A stretch of DNA of 64,000 nt from an uncultured delta proteobacterium (GTDB taxonomy: Bacteria; Myxococcota_A; UBA9160; UBA4427), in assembly GCA_963822965.1 (NCBI GenBank), contig CAWGJT010000010.1, forward strand, positions 416,001 to 480,000. The letters run 5' to 3'. Each line of letters opens with the position of its first letter. Position 1 is the stretch's first letter. A program made the translations under genes and the position numbers. A model generated the notes under the pieces. That model ran no database searches and was not told the DNA's origin. It was given only the letters and a program-made list of their open reading frames with translations. Shown here piece after piece: positions 11,186 to 21,190 of the stretch.

Positions 11186-12181
11186 TCAGTAGCCCCGGGA
11201 CGCCGGAGCCGCGTCGGCGCGGACCGTCAGCTGGAAGGTGAAGGTGCTGCCTTCTCCCTTCTGGTCCTTCACGCCGACCTCGACCGGATGCACCCCGGCC
11301 TGGTCGGAGCTCGGCGTCCACGTGAGGACGCCCGTGATGGGGTCGATGCGCATGCCGTCCGGGCCCTGCTCGAGGAAGAAGCGCAGGTTGCGGTCGCCGT
11401 CGGGATCCTTCGCGACGAACGTGTACTGGAAGGTGCCGTCCTCGGAGCGCGTGGCCGGCAGCTGCGTGATCGTGGGAGGCGAGTTGCCCAGCATCAGCAC
11501 GGGGCTCAGGGTCTCCCGGCTGTCGCTCCGGCCGTCGCTCGCGACCACGCGCACCTGGACCTGATCGCCTCGCTTGAGACCCTTCGTGTCGAAGCTGCGA
11601 TCGCGTCCCGCCGATTCGCCGTTGACCGTCCAGGCGTAGTGAAAGCTCAGGGTGTCGTTGTCGGGATCCTGGGCGAGGGGCGTGGCCGTGATCACCTGGC
11701 CGGCGCGGACGTCGCCGAAGGGCTCGAGGTTGACCGCCGAGAGCACGGGCGGACGGTTGCCGACCCGCGCCTTGGCGCTGACGGGGCTGCTCTCCTGGCG
11801 CCCGTCCGACGCGGTGACCGTCACCTCGATGCGGTCCCCCTTGGCGAGGTCGACGAGATACAGGACGGACTGGTCGCCCTTCAGCACCTCGCGCCCGTTC
11901 CGGGTCCAGGTGTACTGGAAGCGGAGCGGGTCTCCGTCGGGATCGCTGGCTTCGACGACCGCGCGGATCTCCGTCCCCGGGGTGGGCGACTCGGGGCTCA
12001 GGGCGACCCGCTCCACCACCGGCGCGCCCTGGTCGGCAGCGGCGTCTCCGCCGCCCGCCGTGGCGGCCTTCGGCACGATGGACTGGGCGGACGGAGCCGG
12101 AGCGGCTTCGTCACCCGATCCGCAGGCGAGGCCCACGAGGGCCACCGCTCCTGCGAAGAGAAGCTTCGTGGATCGTCGCAT
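11186..12181 (-). CDS. Lipoprotein with tandem Ig/cadherin-like repeats and a C-terminal putative Ig (He_PIG-like) domain
   Basis: Lipobox LAC; repeated DPDGD.L.F.Y.W..NG and NxPP units; GPDGMRIDPITGVLTWTP. Confidence 0.75.
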   Translation of the reverse strand: MRRSTKLLFAGAVALVGLACGSGDEAAPAPSAQSIVPKAATAGGGDAAADQGAPVVERVALSPESPTPGTEIRAVVEASDPDGDPLRFQYTWTRNGREVLKGDQSVLYLVDLAKGDRIEVTVTASDGRQESSPVSAKARVGNRPPVLSAVNLEPFGDVRAGQVITATPLAQDPDNDTLSFHYAWTVNGESAGRDRSFDTKGLKRGDQVQVRVVASDGRSDSRETLSPVLMLGNSPPTITQLPATRSEDGTFQYTFVAKDPDGDRNLRFFLEQGPDGMRIDPITGVLTWTPSSDQAGVHPVEVGVKDQKGEGSTFTFQLTVRADAAPASRGY

Positions 12182-12278
12182 GTCCGTCCCCCCACTTTTG
12201 GCACCGCCCTGGCGATCGTCGGCGCCGCCCCCTGATCCTCGGCTCCGGCGAGGTGGGCACCCCGCCCGGCGCGGCTCG

Positions 12279-12812
12279 CTAGTAGCCGGCCGAGAGGATC
12301 TTCGATTCCATCACTTCGACGCGCGCGGTGGACGCGCGCTGGTTCCAGGTGCCGCCGGCATTCTCGGGGCTCTGGCCGACGACGTTGATCCGCCAGATCG
12401 TGTACACGTATCGCGGGTTCGCGAGATTCATGCCCTCGGCGGGTCCGCCGTCCTCGACGTACTGGATTGCGGCTCCGCCGCCCGGCGGATTCGGATCCGG
12501 GAAGTAGCGGGGCTGCGCCGGGTAGCGCGCGTAGAGTGCGGCGTCGCCGAGGACGGTGTTGGGCAGCACCGGCACGGCCCCGCGCCCGTCGGCGTCGGCG
12601 ATGAGCCGGCGGCCATGCGCGGCACCGGCTTCGGCGGCGTAGAAGGCCGAGCGGCTGCGGTTCGTGAGGCCCGCGATCTGCTGGTCCTCGCCGGCGGTGT
12701 CGAGAGCCGCCAGGCCGAGCAGACCCATGAGCACCAGCATCATGACTGCGATGAGCATGGCCGAGCCCGATTCGCGGCTCCGCGATTCACGATTCGACTT
12801 TCGAGGGGTCAT
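12279..12812 (-). CDS. pilX: Minor pilin PilX
   Basis: GSAMLIAVMMLV (no Glu+5) and AFYAAEAG PilX N-terminal motif. Confidence 0.85.
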   Translation of the reverse strand: MTPRKSNRESRSRESGSAMLIAVMMLVLMGLLGLAALDTAGEDQQIAGLTNRSRSAFYAAEAGAAHGRRLIADADGRGAVPVLPNTVLGDAALYARYPAQPRYFPDPNPPGGGAAIQYVEDGGPAEGMNLANPRYVYTIWRINVVGQSPENAGGTWNQRASTARVEVMESKILSAGY

Positions 12813-12830
12813 GGGTTCTCCTTCACGGCG

Positions 12831-13919
12831 CTAGCGGAGGCCGATGTTCCGCGGCTGGACCGTCATCGTGAGCACCCGGCGCCGGAAGCCGTCGGCCGGC
12901 TGGGCCGGCGGAACGCGGTTCTCCATGGCGATGAAGGTGTTCGTCGCGAGGCTCGGATCGTCGCGCGCAGCGGCGTCCTGGGCGCGCGTCCGCACCACGA
13001 TCGAGAGGCGGACCTCGCGCAGCAGGCTGTTGTCCCAGCTGCCGGACTGGTAGAGGGTGCCGCCCGGGATCGAGCCGGGATACTCGGCGTCGCTCGTGAA
13101 GGGCGGCTCCTGGGGCGCGGGCTGCGGGTCTCCGTCCACCACGCCGTCTTCGTCCACGTCGTAGAAGAACGCGGCCTGCATGTCCTCCACGTCCTCGGCG
13201 AGAACGACGCCGTTCCGTGTCAGCTGACCCGCGGCGTTCACCTGATACACGGTGGCCGGGACGGCCACGAGATCGGGCGGGTTGTCGCCCGCAGCCAGCG
13301 CGCGCAGGGGCAGGCTCCCCTGGGCCGCGCCGCCGAAGTCGTAGTCGATCTGCACCTGGGAGCTGGTGGACCCCGGATTGAGCGAGCCGCCGGCGATCTG
13401 GCCGCAGGAGGTGCCGCGAGACGGGTTGTTGCGGTCGGTCACGATGATCGCGCCGCGCTGTCCCATGGCCGGGATGTCCACGAAATCCGTGTCCTGCACG
13501 CCGTTGCTGTCGCTGTCGTAGAAGGGGGCGCCGTCGACCGTCGAGTCGCCCGCGAGGGTCAACGTGTCGTTGCCGTTCCCGTCGTATCCGGACGTGATGC
13601 TGGCGCCGAGGTCGTTCTGGGTCTGGCTCGTGGGGTTGATCGCGGCCGCGTCGGTCACGACGACGATGTCCGGTCCGTTGGTGCGATCGACGGCGCAGAT
13701 GGCGGCGCCCTCGGGAACCATGAAGCCCGTCACCCGCAGCTCGCGTTCGGCGAGGTCGGTGATCACGCGCAGATTGGTCTGGGCCTCGGTGACCTGGTCC
13801 ACCACGTTGTAGGTCTGGGTCTGGCGGGTCAGCATGTCCATCAGGAACACGGAGACCACCCCCAGGATCGCGAGGGAGACCATCACTTCGGCCAACGAGA
13901 AGGCGGCACGTCGATTCAT
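12831..13919 (-). CDS. pilW: Minor pilin PilW
   Basis: Prepilin motif AF-SLAEVMVSLAI, ELRVTGF, LAEDVEDMQ, C-terminal RR....VQPRN. Confidence 0.85.
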   Translation of the reverse strand: MNRRAAFSLAEVMVSLAILGVVSVFLMDMLTRQTQTYNVVDQVTEAQTNLRVITDLAERELRVTGFMVPEGAAICAVDRTNGPDIVVVTDAAAINPTSQTQNDLGASITSGYDGNGNDTLTLAGDSTVDGAPFYDSDSNGVQDTDFVDIPAMGQRGAIIVTDRNNPSRGTSCGQIAGGSLNPGSTSSQVQIDYDFGGAAQGSLPLRALAAGDNPPDLVAVPATVYQVNAAGQLTRNGVVLAEDVEDMQAAFFYDVDEDGVVDGDPQPAPQEPPFTSDAEYPGSIPGGTLYQSGSWDNSLLREVRLSIVVRTRAQDAAARDDPSLATNTFIAMENRVPPAQPADGFRRRVLTMTVQPRNIGLR

Positions 13920-13927
13920 GGGATTGC

Positions 13928-14362
13928 TCACGGGTCGTTGTGCCGGACGCTGGAGATCGCGTACATGCTGCCCGGCGAGCCGGCGGGGGCCTCGGGAAGG
14001 ATCCAGCTCACCCGCACGTCGAGCAGGCGCAGCGCGGGATCGGGACCGGCCTGGACGCGCCAGGTCACGGAGTAGGGCTGCCCGGCGCTGGGTCCCGATC
14101 CGTTGGTCGGGCCCACCACGACGCGGGGAGCGCTCCAGGCCGAGGGCGGAATCGCCGCCCAGGGCCGTCGGGAGAGGAACTCCATCTGCTGCTCCGCCAC
14201 CCGCGCGGCTTCGCTCACCTGCTTGCCGTGCTGCGATCCCTTGAGGGCCTGGGTCTGCATGGTCAGCATGCCGAGCAGGCCCAACGACAGGATGGAGAGG
14301 GCGATCATGAGCTCGATCAGCGTGAGGCCTTCGCGGCCAGGGTGTGCTCGGTGTGTCTGCAT
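13928..14362 (-). CDS. pilV: Minor pilin PilV
   Basis: Prepilin GL-TLIELMIALSIL, AEQQME; lies between fimU and pilW. Confidence 0.85.
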   Translation of the reverse strand: MQTHRAHPGREGLTLIELMIALSILSLGLLGMLTMQTQALKGSQHGKQVSEAARVAEQQMEFLSRRPWAAIPPSAWSAPRVVVGPTNGSGPSAGQPYSVTWRVQAGPDPALRLLDVRVSWILPEAPAGSPGSMYAISSVRHNDP

Positions 14363-14364
14363 GG

Positions 14365-15030
14365 TCAGTTCGTCCAGGCTCCGGCCGCGGCGTCCCAGGA
14401 GTAGACCTTCGGAACGCCCAGTGCGGACAGGACGACCGCGTAGTCGCGCTCGCCGGCGGCCGCACCGCCGTTGGTGAGATAGATCCCGCCCCCACCGGTC
14501 CCGACCTGGCCCAGCACGCAGGCGTTCGTGAAGCCCACCGGCACGCCGTCGTTGCGGAAGGCCACCCAGTGCGTCTGGACGCCGAAGGGGTCGCTGAACG
14601 AGGAGCCGGTGGTGTGCGTTCCGCCGCCACCGTCCTCCGGCACGCGATTGCCGGCGAAGGTGACGCCCCAGTTGAGATCGGCAAACTCGGAGGCCGGGTT
14701 GGTGGATACGCTGCGGACGGGCTCTCCGCCATCGATGCAGCAGTTGTTGTTCGTGTCGTCCAGGATCACGATGGGGCCGGGCAGGGCGGTGCCGCAGGCG
14801 TCGTCGGCGCCGACGGCGGTCCACATCACGATGTGGGTCTCTTCGGTCATGATCGCCTGCGCCCGGGCGGCCTGGAACGCGTTGGAGAGCAGCCGAGCGG
14901 TGGCCTTCGCCCGGTTGTTCGTCTGCATGCGATTCCACGCGGGCATCGTCAGCGCGGCGGTGACCCCGATGATCGCGACCACGACCATCATCTCGGTGAG
15001 GGTGAAGCCTCGAACGGCTCGTGATTCCAC
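14365..15030 (-). CDS. fimU: Minor pilin FimU/FimT (GspH-like)
   Basis: GF-TLTEMMVVVAII, ARAQAI; GTG start after AAGGAG. Confidence 0.82.
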   Translation of the reverse strand: MESRAVRGFTLTEMMVVVAIIGVTAALTMPAWNRMQTNNRAKATARLLSNAFQAARAQAIMTEETHIVMWTAVGADDACGTALPGPIVILDDTNNNCCIDGGEPVRSVSTNPASEFADLNWGVTFAGNRVPEDGGGGTHTTGSSFSDPFGVQTHWVAFRNDGVPVGFTNACVLGQVGTGGGGIYLTNGGAAAGERDYAVVLSALGVPKVYSWDAAAGAWTN

Positions 15031-15127
15031 GATGCCTGACTCCTTCGCGTCGCCGGAAGCGGGTTTCGACGACCGACGTCGAACGCTCGCGGCGGGCCGC
15101 TCTGTGAGGGCCTTCCCGAGCGTCGTC

Positions 15128-15142
15128 GCAAGCGTCATGCCA
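15128..15142 (-). promoter_or_regulatory. Sigma54 promoter of the fimU-pilVWX operon
   Basis: Minus strand TGGCAT-GACGC-TTGC. Confidence 0.82.
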
Positions 15143-15150
15143 AGCCAGCG

Positions 15151-15178
15151 GATCGGCTACCTTCCCGGTCTTCTTGAG
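15151..15178 (-). promoter_or_regulatory. Putative alternative-sigma promoter CTCAAG-N16-CCGATC upstream of fimU
   Basis: Shared motif; directly upstream of the sigma54 element. Confidence 0.6.
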
Positions 15179-15216
15179 CTTTCGGCGCCGACGCCCCGGG
15201 GCGGCGGCTCCTGCTA

Positions 15217-15251
15217 CGCAACCTCTTGCGGTGTGGCCGCAGCCGCTTGCG
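15217..15251. promoter_or_regulatory. Tandem CGCA-N6-TGCG palindromes, putative enhancer for the fimU promoter
   Basis: CGCAACCTCTTGCG (15217-15230) and CGCAGCCGCTTGCG (15238-15251). Confidence 0.6.
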
Positions 15252-15296
15252 GGCCTGGATGCGCGCCGCCGCAGCGCCCGCGCGGGCCCGGGGCGC

Positions 15297-16151
15297 TCAG
15301 TCGCGCTCGGGCTCGGCGGCGCGGGGGCGCGGCGTCCGGCCCCGGCGCACGTGCAGATCGAAGGACTGCACGTCGCTGCCGCCGTGGCCGTCGCGCACCT
15401 CCAGGCGGACCGGGTGGCGGCCGGCCTGGTCCGGACCCGGCTGCCACCGCAGCACGCCGTCCGCTTCCAGATGCATGCCCCGCGGACCTTCCAGGAGGCG
15501 GAAGCGGAGCTCGACATCTCCGTCCGGGTCCGAGGCGGCGAGCGGATAGACCAGGGTGCCCGCGGCGTCGAAGCCGCCGGGGAAGGTGGTGAAGACCGGC
15601 GGCGCGTTGGAGACCGCGATCTCGTCGGTCGAGAAGAGCGCGCTCTCTCTCGCGCCGTCTCCCGCGCGCACCCGGACGCGCGCACGGATGGCCGAGCCGC
15701 GCGCGAACTCGACGTGGGCGAGAACCGGCTCCGAGGTCTCGATCTGCCGGCCGTCGACGATCCACTCGGTCTGCAGGGTCACCGGATCGCCCTCGGGATC
15801 CCAGGCTTCCACCTGCAACCGGAGATCCTGGCCCGCGGTCGCCACGGCCGGCCGGAACCGAACCTCGCCGATCCGGGGCTCGAGGCTCGCGACGTCGCGC
15901 ACGCGCGGGGGCGGCGGCTCGGGGACTCGCGCCGGCACGGGGTGGCGCATGGGTGCGTGCGGAGGTGCGACGGGGGCGATGCGGGCGGCGGTGGGAAAGG
16001 CTTCCCGGTGATCGAGCCGGCCGATGGTCAGGGAGGGCAGGGCGGTGCTGCCGAAGCCGATCACGGCGAGGGCGGCCGCGACACCGGACAGCATCGGTCC
16101 GGAGACGTGGGGGAGGGTCCGTCGATGTAGGCGCTGCAGTCTCGCGTGCAC
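15297..16151 (-). CDS. Membrane-anchored or secreted Ig-like domain protein, paralog of 11186-12181
   Basis: Hydrophobic N-terminal segment, DPEGD.V.L...W, NAPP, DPDGD..LRF.L.EGP.GM....GVL.W.P...QAG.HPV; start uncertain. Confidence 0.65.
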   Translation of the reverse strand: MHARLQRLHRRTLPHVSGPMLSGVAAALAVIGFGSTALPSLTIGRLDHREAFPTAARIAPVAPPHAPMRHPVPARVPEPPPPRVRDVASLEPRIGEVRFRPAVATAGQDLRLQVEAWDPEGDPVTLQTEWIVDGRQIETSEPVLAHVEFARGSAIRARVRVRAGDGARESALFSTDEIAVSNAPPVFTTFPGGFDAAGTLVYPLAASDPDGDVELRFRLLEGPRGMHLEADGVLRWQPGPDQAGRHPVRLEVRDGHGGSDVQSFDLHVRRGRTPRPRAAEPERD

Positions 16152-16184
16152 GGGGCGCCCCTTGCGGCTCGATGTGGCTCGATC

Positions 16185-17543
<1,359 letters not shown>

Positions 17544-17636
17544 CGCCCTCGAACCTTCCGCGCGGTGGGCCGGGAACTTCCCGGCGGATGCGCAGCCCAT
17601 GCCCCAAAGAGGCGGAACCGCTGCCCCTCCCCGGCT

Positions 17637-17664
17637 CTTCGGTCGTTGCCCGGCACCCCCTGAG
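17637..17664 (-). promoter_or_regulatory. Putative alternative-sigma promoter CTCAGG-N16-CCGAAG upstream of the pilR2-like gene
   Basis: Variant of the shared motif with the same spacing, about 95 bp before the start codon. Confidence 0.5.
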
Positions 17665-17819
17665 CCCGATACGCAGGCAGGTTGCAGATAAGGAAGAGCG
17701 CCCCCGCGGGTCGGTCTCGAACGGCGCGTGGGCCGAGGCGCCCATTCGCATTCGAGCTGCCGGCGGGGGACGTGTGATCCGCGCCACAGATTCCCGTCAA
17801 GGAAGCGGAGAGCAGTCGG

Positions 17820-17847
17820 CTCAAGTCCCTGAAACACAGGGCCGATA
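17820..17847 (+). promoter_or_regulatory. Putative alternative-sigma promoter CTCAAG-N16-CCGATA upstream of HTH-pilMNOPQ
   Basis: Best copy of the motif; the -10 box GCCGATA resembles the sigma28 consensus. Confidence 0.68.
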
Positions 17848-17910
17848 CCTCCCGAGGACTCTCACCGTGGCCAGCTGATGTCGGCTGCAGGTCGACGGAA
17901 GGGAAAATCG

Positions 17911-18267
17911 TTGCCGAGCAACAACGTTCAGACCTTCAGGGAAGGTCTCATGATGAGCAAGGCGGAGCTGGCCCGGAAGGCCGGTCTGTCCACTCTCACC
18001 ATCGACCGGGTCGAGGCCGGACGCCCGTGCCGCCTGGACACGAAGCGCAAGATCCTCCTCGCGCTCGGTCTCAAGGTGTCCGACAAGGACCGCATCTTCG
18101 GCGCCGCGGACGACGAGCCCGTCGCCGCCCGCACCGAGGCGAGCCAGCGGCAGGCGGGGGAGGGGTTCTCGGCGGACGCATCGCGCGGCGCCACGACACC
18201 CTCGACCGCTTCCAACGCGGGACCCTCGAACGGCCCCAGAGCAGGGAATGGAGAAGGAATCCGATGA
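17911..18267 (+). CDS. XRE-family HTH protein preceding pilM
   Basis: MSKAELARKAGLSTLTIDRVEAG..CRLDTKRKILLALGL; stop overlaps the pilM ATG; TTG start inferred. Confidence 0.8.
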   Translation: MPSNNVQTFREGLMMSKAELARKAGLSTLTIDRVEAGRPCRLDTKRKILLALGLKVSDKDRIFGAADDEPVAARTEASQRQAGEGFSADASRGATTPSTASNAGPSNGPRAGNGEGIR

Positions 18268-19346
18268 AGCTTGCATTGCCGCGCTTCGGAAAGGCCAACG
18301 TGGTCGGGCTCGACATCGGCTCTTCCAGCGTGAAGGCCGTCGAGATCGCCCTGAAGGGGCGGGACAAGGGCTTCGAGCTGCGCAGCCTCGGCATCGCGCC
18401 GCTGCCCAGCGAGGCCATCGTGCAGGGCGCCTTCCTCAACTCGAGCGCCATCGTCGACGCGATCGGCGAGGCCATCGACGCGGGCCGCATCCGGACCAAG
18501 GAGGTGGCGGTCGCCGTCTCCGGGCACTCGGTGATCGTCAAGAAGGTGAGCCTGCCCGCCATGACCCGCGAGGAGCTGGAGGACCAGATCCAGTGGGAGG
18601 CCGAGCAGTACATCCCCTTCGACGTGAACGAGGTGCACCTGGACTTCCAGATCCTCGACACCAGCGAAGGCGAGGGACAGATGGACGTGCTCCTGGTGGC
18701 GGCCAAACGCGATCTCGTCGACGACTACGTGCAGGTGATCCAGGAGTCGGGTCTGGTGCCCGCCGCCGTGGACGTCGCCGCCTTCGCGGTCGAGAACGCG
18801 TTCGAGATGAACTACGAGATGCTGCCCGACGAGGTGGTCGCGCTCGTGAACATCGGGGCCCAGGTCGTCAACATCAACGTCATCCAGAACGGGATCCCGG
18901 CCTTCACCCGGGACATCACGACCGGCGGCAACCAGTACACCGAAGAGATCCAGAAGTCGATGTCCATCTCCTTCGAGGAGGCCGAACGCATCAAGCTCGG
19001 CGGCAACGCGAAGGACCAGAACCAGGAAGTGGTTCCGCAGGAGGTCGAGCACGCGATCCGGTCGGTCACCGACACGGTGATCGGGGAGATCGCCCGTTCG
19101 CTCGACTTCTTCACCGCCACGACCGCCGAGAGCCGCATCAACAAGGTGCTGCTCGCCGGCGGAGGCGCGTGCATCCCGGGTCTCGACACCGCGTTCGCAG
19201 AGCGGAGCGGACTCGAGGTCGAAGTGATGAACCCGCTGGCACGAATGCTGCCGAGCAAGGGCTTCGATCCGGACTACCTCGCGAACGTGGGTGCTTCGCT
19301 GGGCGTCGGGATCGGGCTCGCGAGTCGGAAGGTGGAAGTTCAATGA
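18264..19346 (+). CDS. pilM: PilM actin-like pilus assembly protein
   Basis: VGLDIGSSSVK, SVIVKK, EAEQYIPF, VLLVAAK. Confidence 0.95.
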   Translation: MKLALPRFGKANVVGLDIGSSSVKAVEIALKGRDKGFELRSLGIAPLPSEAIVQGAFLNSSAIVDAIGEAIDAGRIRTKEVAVAVSGHSVIVKKVSLPAMTREELEDQIQWEAEQYIPFDVNEVHLDFQILDTSEGEGQMDVLLVAAKRDLVDDYVQVIQESGLVPAAVDVAAFAVENAFEMNYEMLPDEVVALVNIGAQVVNINVIQNGIPAFTRDITTGGNQYTEEIQKSMSISFEEAERIKLGGNAKDQNQEVVPQEVEHAIRSVTDTVIGEIARSLDFFTATTAESRINKVLLAGGGACIPGLDTAFAERSGLEVEVMNPLARMLPSKGFDPDYLANVGASLGVGIGLASRKVEVQ

Positions 19347-19933
19347 TCGAGATCAATCTACTCCCGCATCGCGAAGCCAGACGTGCAGCGGACCTGCGGC
19401 AGACGGCCGGTGTCCTGGCCCTCGGTCTCGTGATGGTCGTCAGCGCCATCGCGATGATCGACCGCGGGCTGGACCAGGAAATCGCCAACGCGGAGGCCAC
19501 CGTCCGGCAGCTCCAGGCGGACATCGCCCGCTACAGGCCCGAAGAGGAGCAGGTCCAGGTCTTCAAGGCGAAGCGTAGCGAGCTCGAGGACAAGCTCGAC
19601 GTGATCAAGGGGCTCGACCGCGCGCGAAGCGGTCCGGTCCGGATCATGGACGAGCTCTCGAAGAGCACGCCCGAGCGCCTCTGGCTGACGGCGCTCTCGA
19701 CCGAGGGCGTCGAGATCACGGTGGAGGGCGACAGCCTCGACACCGGCGTGGTCGCGGATTTCCTGCGAAACCTGAACGCGTCGCCCTACTTCACCGAGGT
19801 CGACCTGGAGCGCACGTCTTCGGGCTCCCAGGTGGAGGGCGTCAAGCTGGTGCACTTCATCATTACGGCCGCACTCGCCGATCCGGATGCCGAGGAAGAG
19901 CAAGCCCCGGCAGCCGATCCCGAGGCGGCCTAG
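19343..19933 (+). CDS. pilN: PilN
   Basis: MIEINLLP motif, TM helix, coiled coil, PERLWLT. Confidence 0.93.
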   Translation: MIEINLLPHREARRAADLRQTAGVLALGLVMVVSAIAMIDRGLDQEIANAEATVRQLQADIARYRPEEEQVQVFKAKRSELEDKLDVIKGLDRARSGPVRIMDELSKSTPERLWLTALSTEGVEITVEGDSLDTGVVADFLRNLNASPYFTEVDLERTSSGSQVEGVKLVHFIITAALADPDAEEEQAPAADPEAA

Positions 19934-19990
19934 GAACCGCGTCTTTCCGTTCCTCTACTTCGAGAAGAGCGAGCGCGACGGAGCCCAAGC

Positions 19991-20599
19991 ATGGACATGA
20001 AGAGCATCGATTTCGACGAGCAGCTCGAGAAGCTCGGCAAGATTCCGAGGGCAGCCCGCTACGGCGCCGTGGGAGCGATCCTCGCCCTCGTCGCCGCCGG
20101 CTACTACTTCCTGTTCTACCAGGACGCCTACGCCAACCTGACCGCCCAGCGTGTCCGGGCGCAGGAGCTGCAGCGCAAGCTGACGAACGTGCGCGCCGTG
20201 GCGAACAACGTGAGCGAGTTCGAGCAGGAGGTGGCGGCGCTCGAGCGGGAGCTCGAGATCGCTCTGAAGCAGCTGCCCAATCGGAAGCAGTTCGAAGACC
20301 TGCTCCAGGACATCACCACCGCCGGCAAGAAGGTGGGGGTGACGATCAAGTCGATTCAACGCACGAAGGAAATCGAGCACGACTTCTACGCGGAAGTGCC
20401 GTTCTCGCTCGAGCTCCAGGGCAACTATCACAACATCGCGATGTTCTTCGAACGCGTCGCGAAGCTGCCGCGGATCGTGAACATCGGTTCCATGAAGGTC
20501 AAAGTCCAGCCCAACGACAAGGATTCCGCCACCGAGCTGCGGGTCGAAGGGACCGCCACGACGTTCCGATTCCTCAGCGATGACTCGGACCAGGCGTAG
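19991..20599 (+). CDS. pilO: PilO
   Basis: TM helix, coiled coil, QLP, FYAEVP, GNYH.IA.FF...LPRIVN. Confidence 0.93.
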   Translation: MDMKSIDFDEQLEKLGKIPRAARYGAVGAILALVAAGYYFLFYQDAYANLTAQRVRAQELQRKLTNVRAVANNVSEFEQEVAALERELEIALKQLPNRKQFEDLLQDITTAGKKVGVTIKSIQRTKEIEHDFYAEVPFSLELQGNYHNIAMFFERVAKLPRIVNIGSMKVKVQPNDKDSATELRVEGTATTFRFLSDDSDQA

Positions 20600-20608
20600 G
20601 AGGGAGTC

Positions 20609-21190
20609 GTGAGACGATTTGCAGTCATCCCGGTGCTGGTCTGTGTGGCCCTCCTGGCCGCCGCCTGCGGCGAGCAGCCTGCCAGCGGTCCGACCGCGAC
20701 GGACTACAAGGCCGAGCGAGAGCGCCTGCTCGCGAAGATGAAGAAGAACAAGGCGGCGAAGCCGGAGAAGGCGGCCCCGGCCCCGGCGGCCGGAAAGGCG
20801 CCGGACGGCGGCAACCCGGAGTTCGGCGGCTTCGGCGCCGTGGCCGCGACGTACTCGTACGACAAGAAGGGGAAGCGCGATCCCTTCCAGCCGTTCCAGC
20901 ACAACACCAGGTCGCGCGAGGACGAGCAGGGGCCGCTGGCGGCCTACGAGCTCGAGCAGCTCTCGGTGGTGGCGGTGGTGTGGGACACCGGCAGCCCGCG
21001 GGCGCTCGTCGCCGACCCGCGCGGTGAGATGCACGTAGTGAGGGAAGGGACGCCGATCGGAAAGAACGACGGCCACGTGATCCACATCGGGGACAACATG
21101 GTCCTCGTCAAGGAAACGTACATCGACTTCGCGGGTGAGATGACGACCAACGACGTCGAATTGCGGATTCGCAGTACTCAGGGAGGGTGA
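20609..21190 (+). CDS. pilP: PilP lipoprotein
   Basis: Lipobox AAC, KRDPF, PL..YELEQL, IGKNDG. Confidence 0.92.
   Translation: MRRFAVIPVLVCVALLAAACGEQPASGPTATDYKAERERLLAKMKKNKAAKPEKAAPAPAAGKAPDGGNPEFGGFGAVAATYSYDKKGKRDPFQPFQHNTRSREDEQGPLAAYELEQLSVVAVVWDTGSPRALVADPRGEMHVVREGTPIGKNDGHVIHIGDNMVLVKETYIDFAGEMTTNDVELRIRSTQGG

Noticed and set aside
17590..17606. Sigma54-like GGGCAT-N5-GCGC upstream of pilR2
   Set aside because: Poor match at both boxes in GC-rich DNA.
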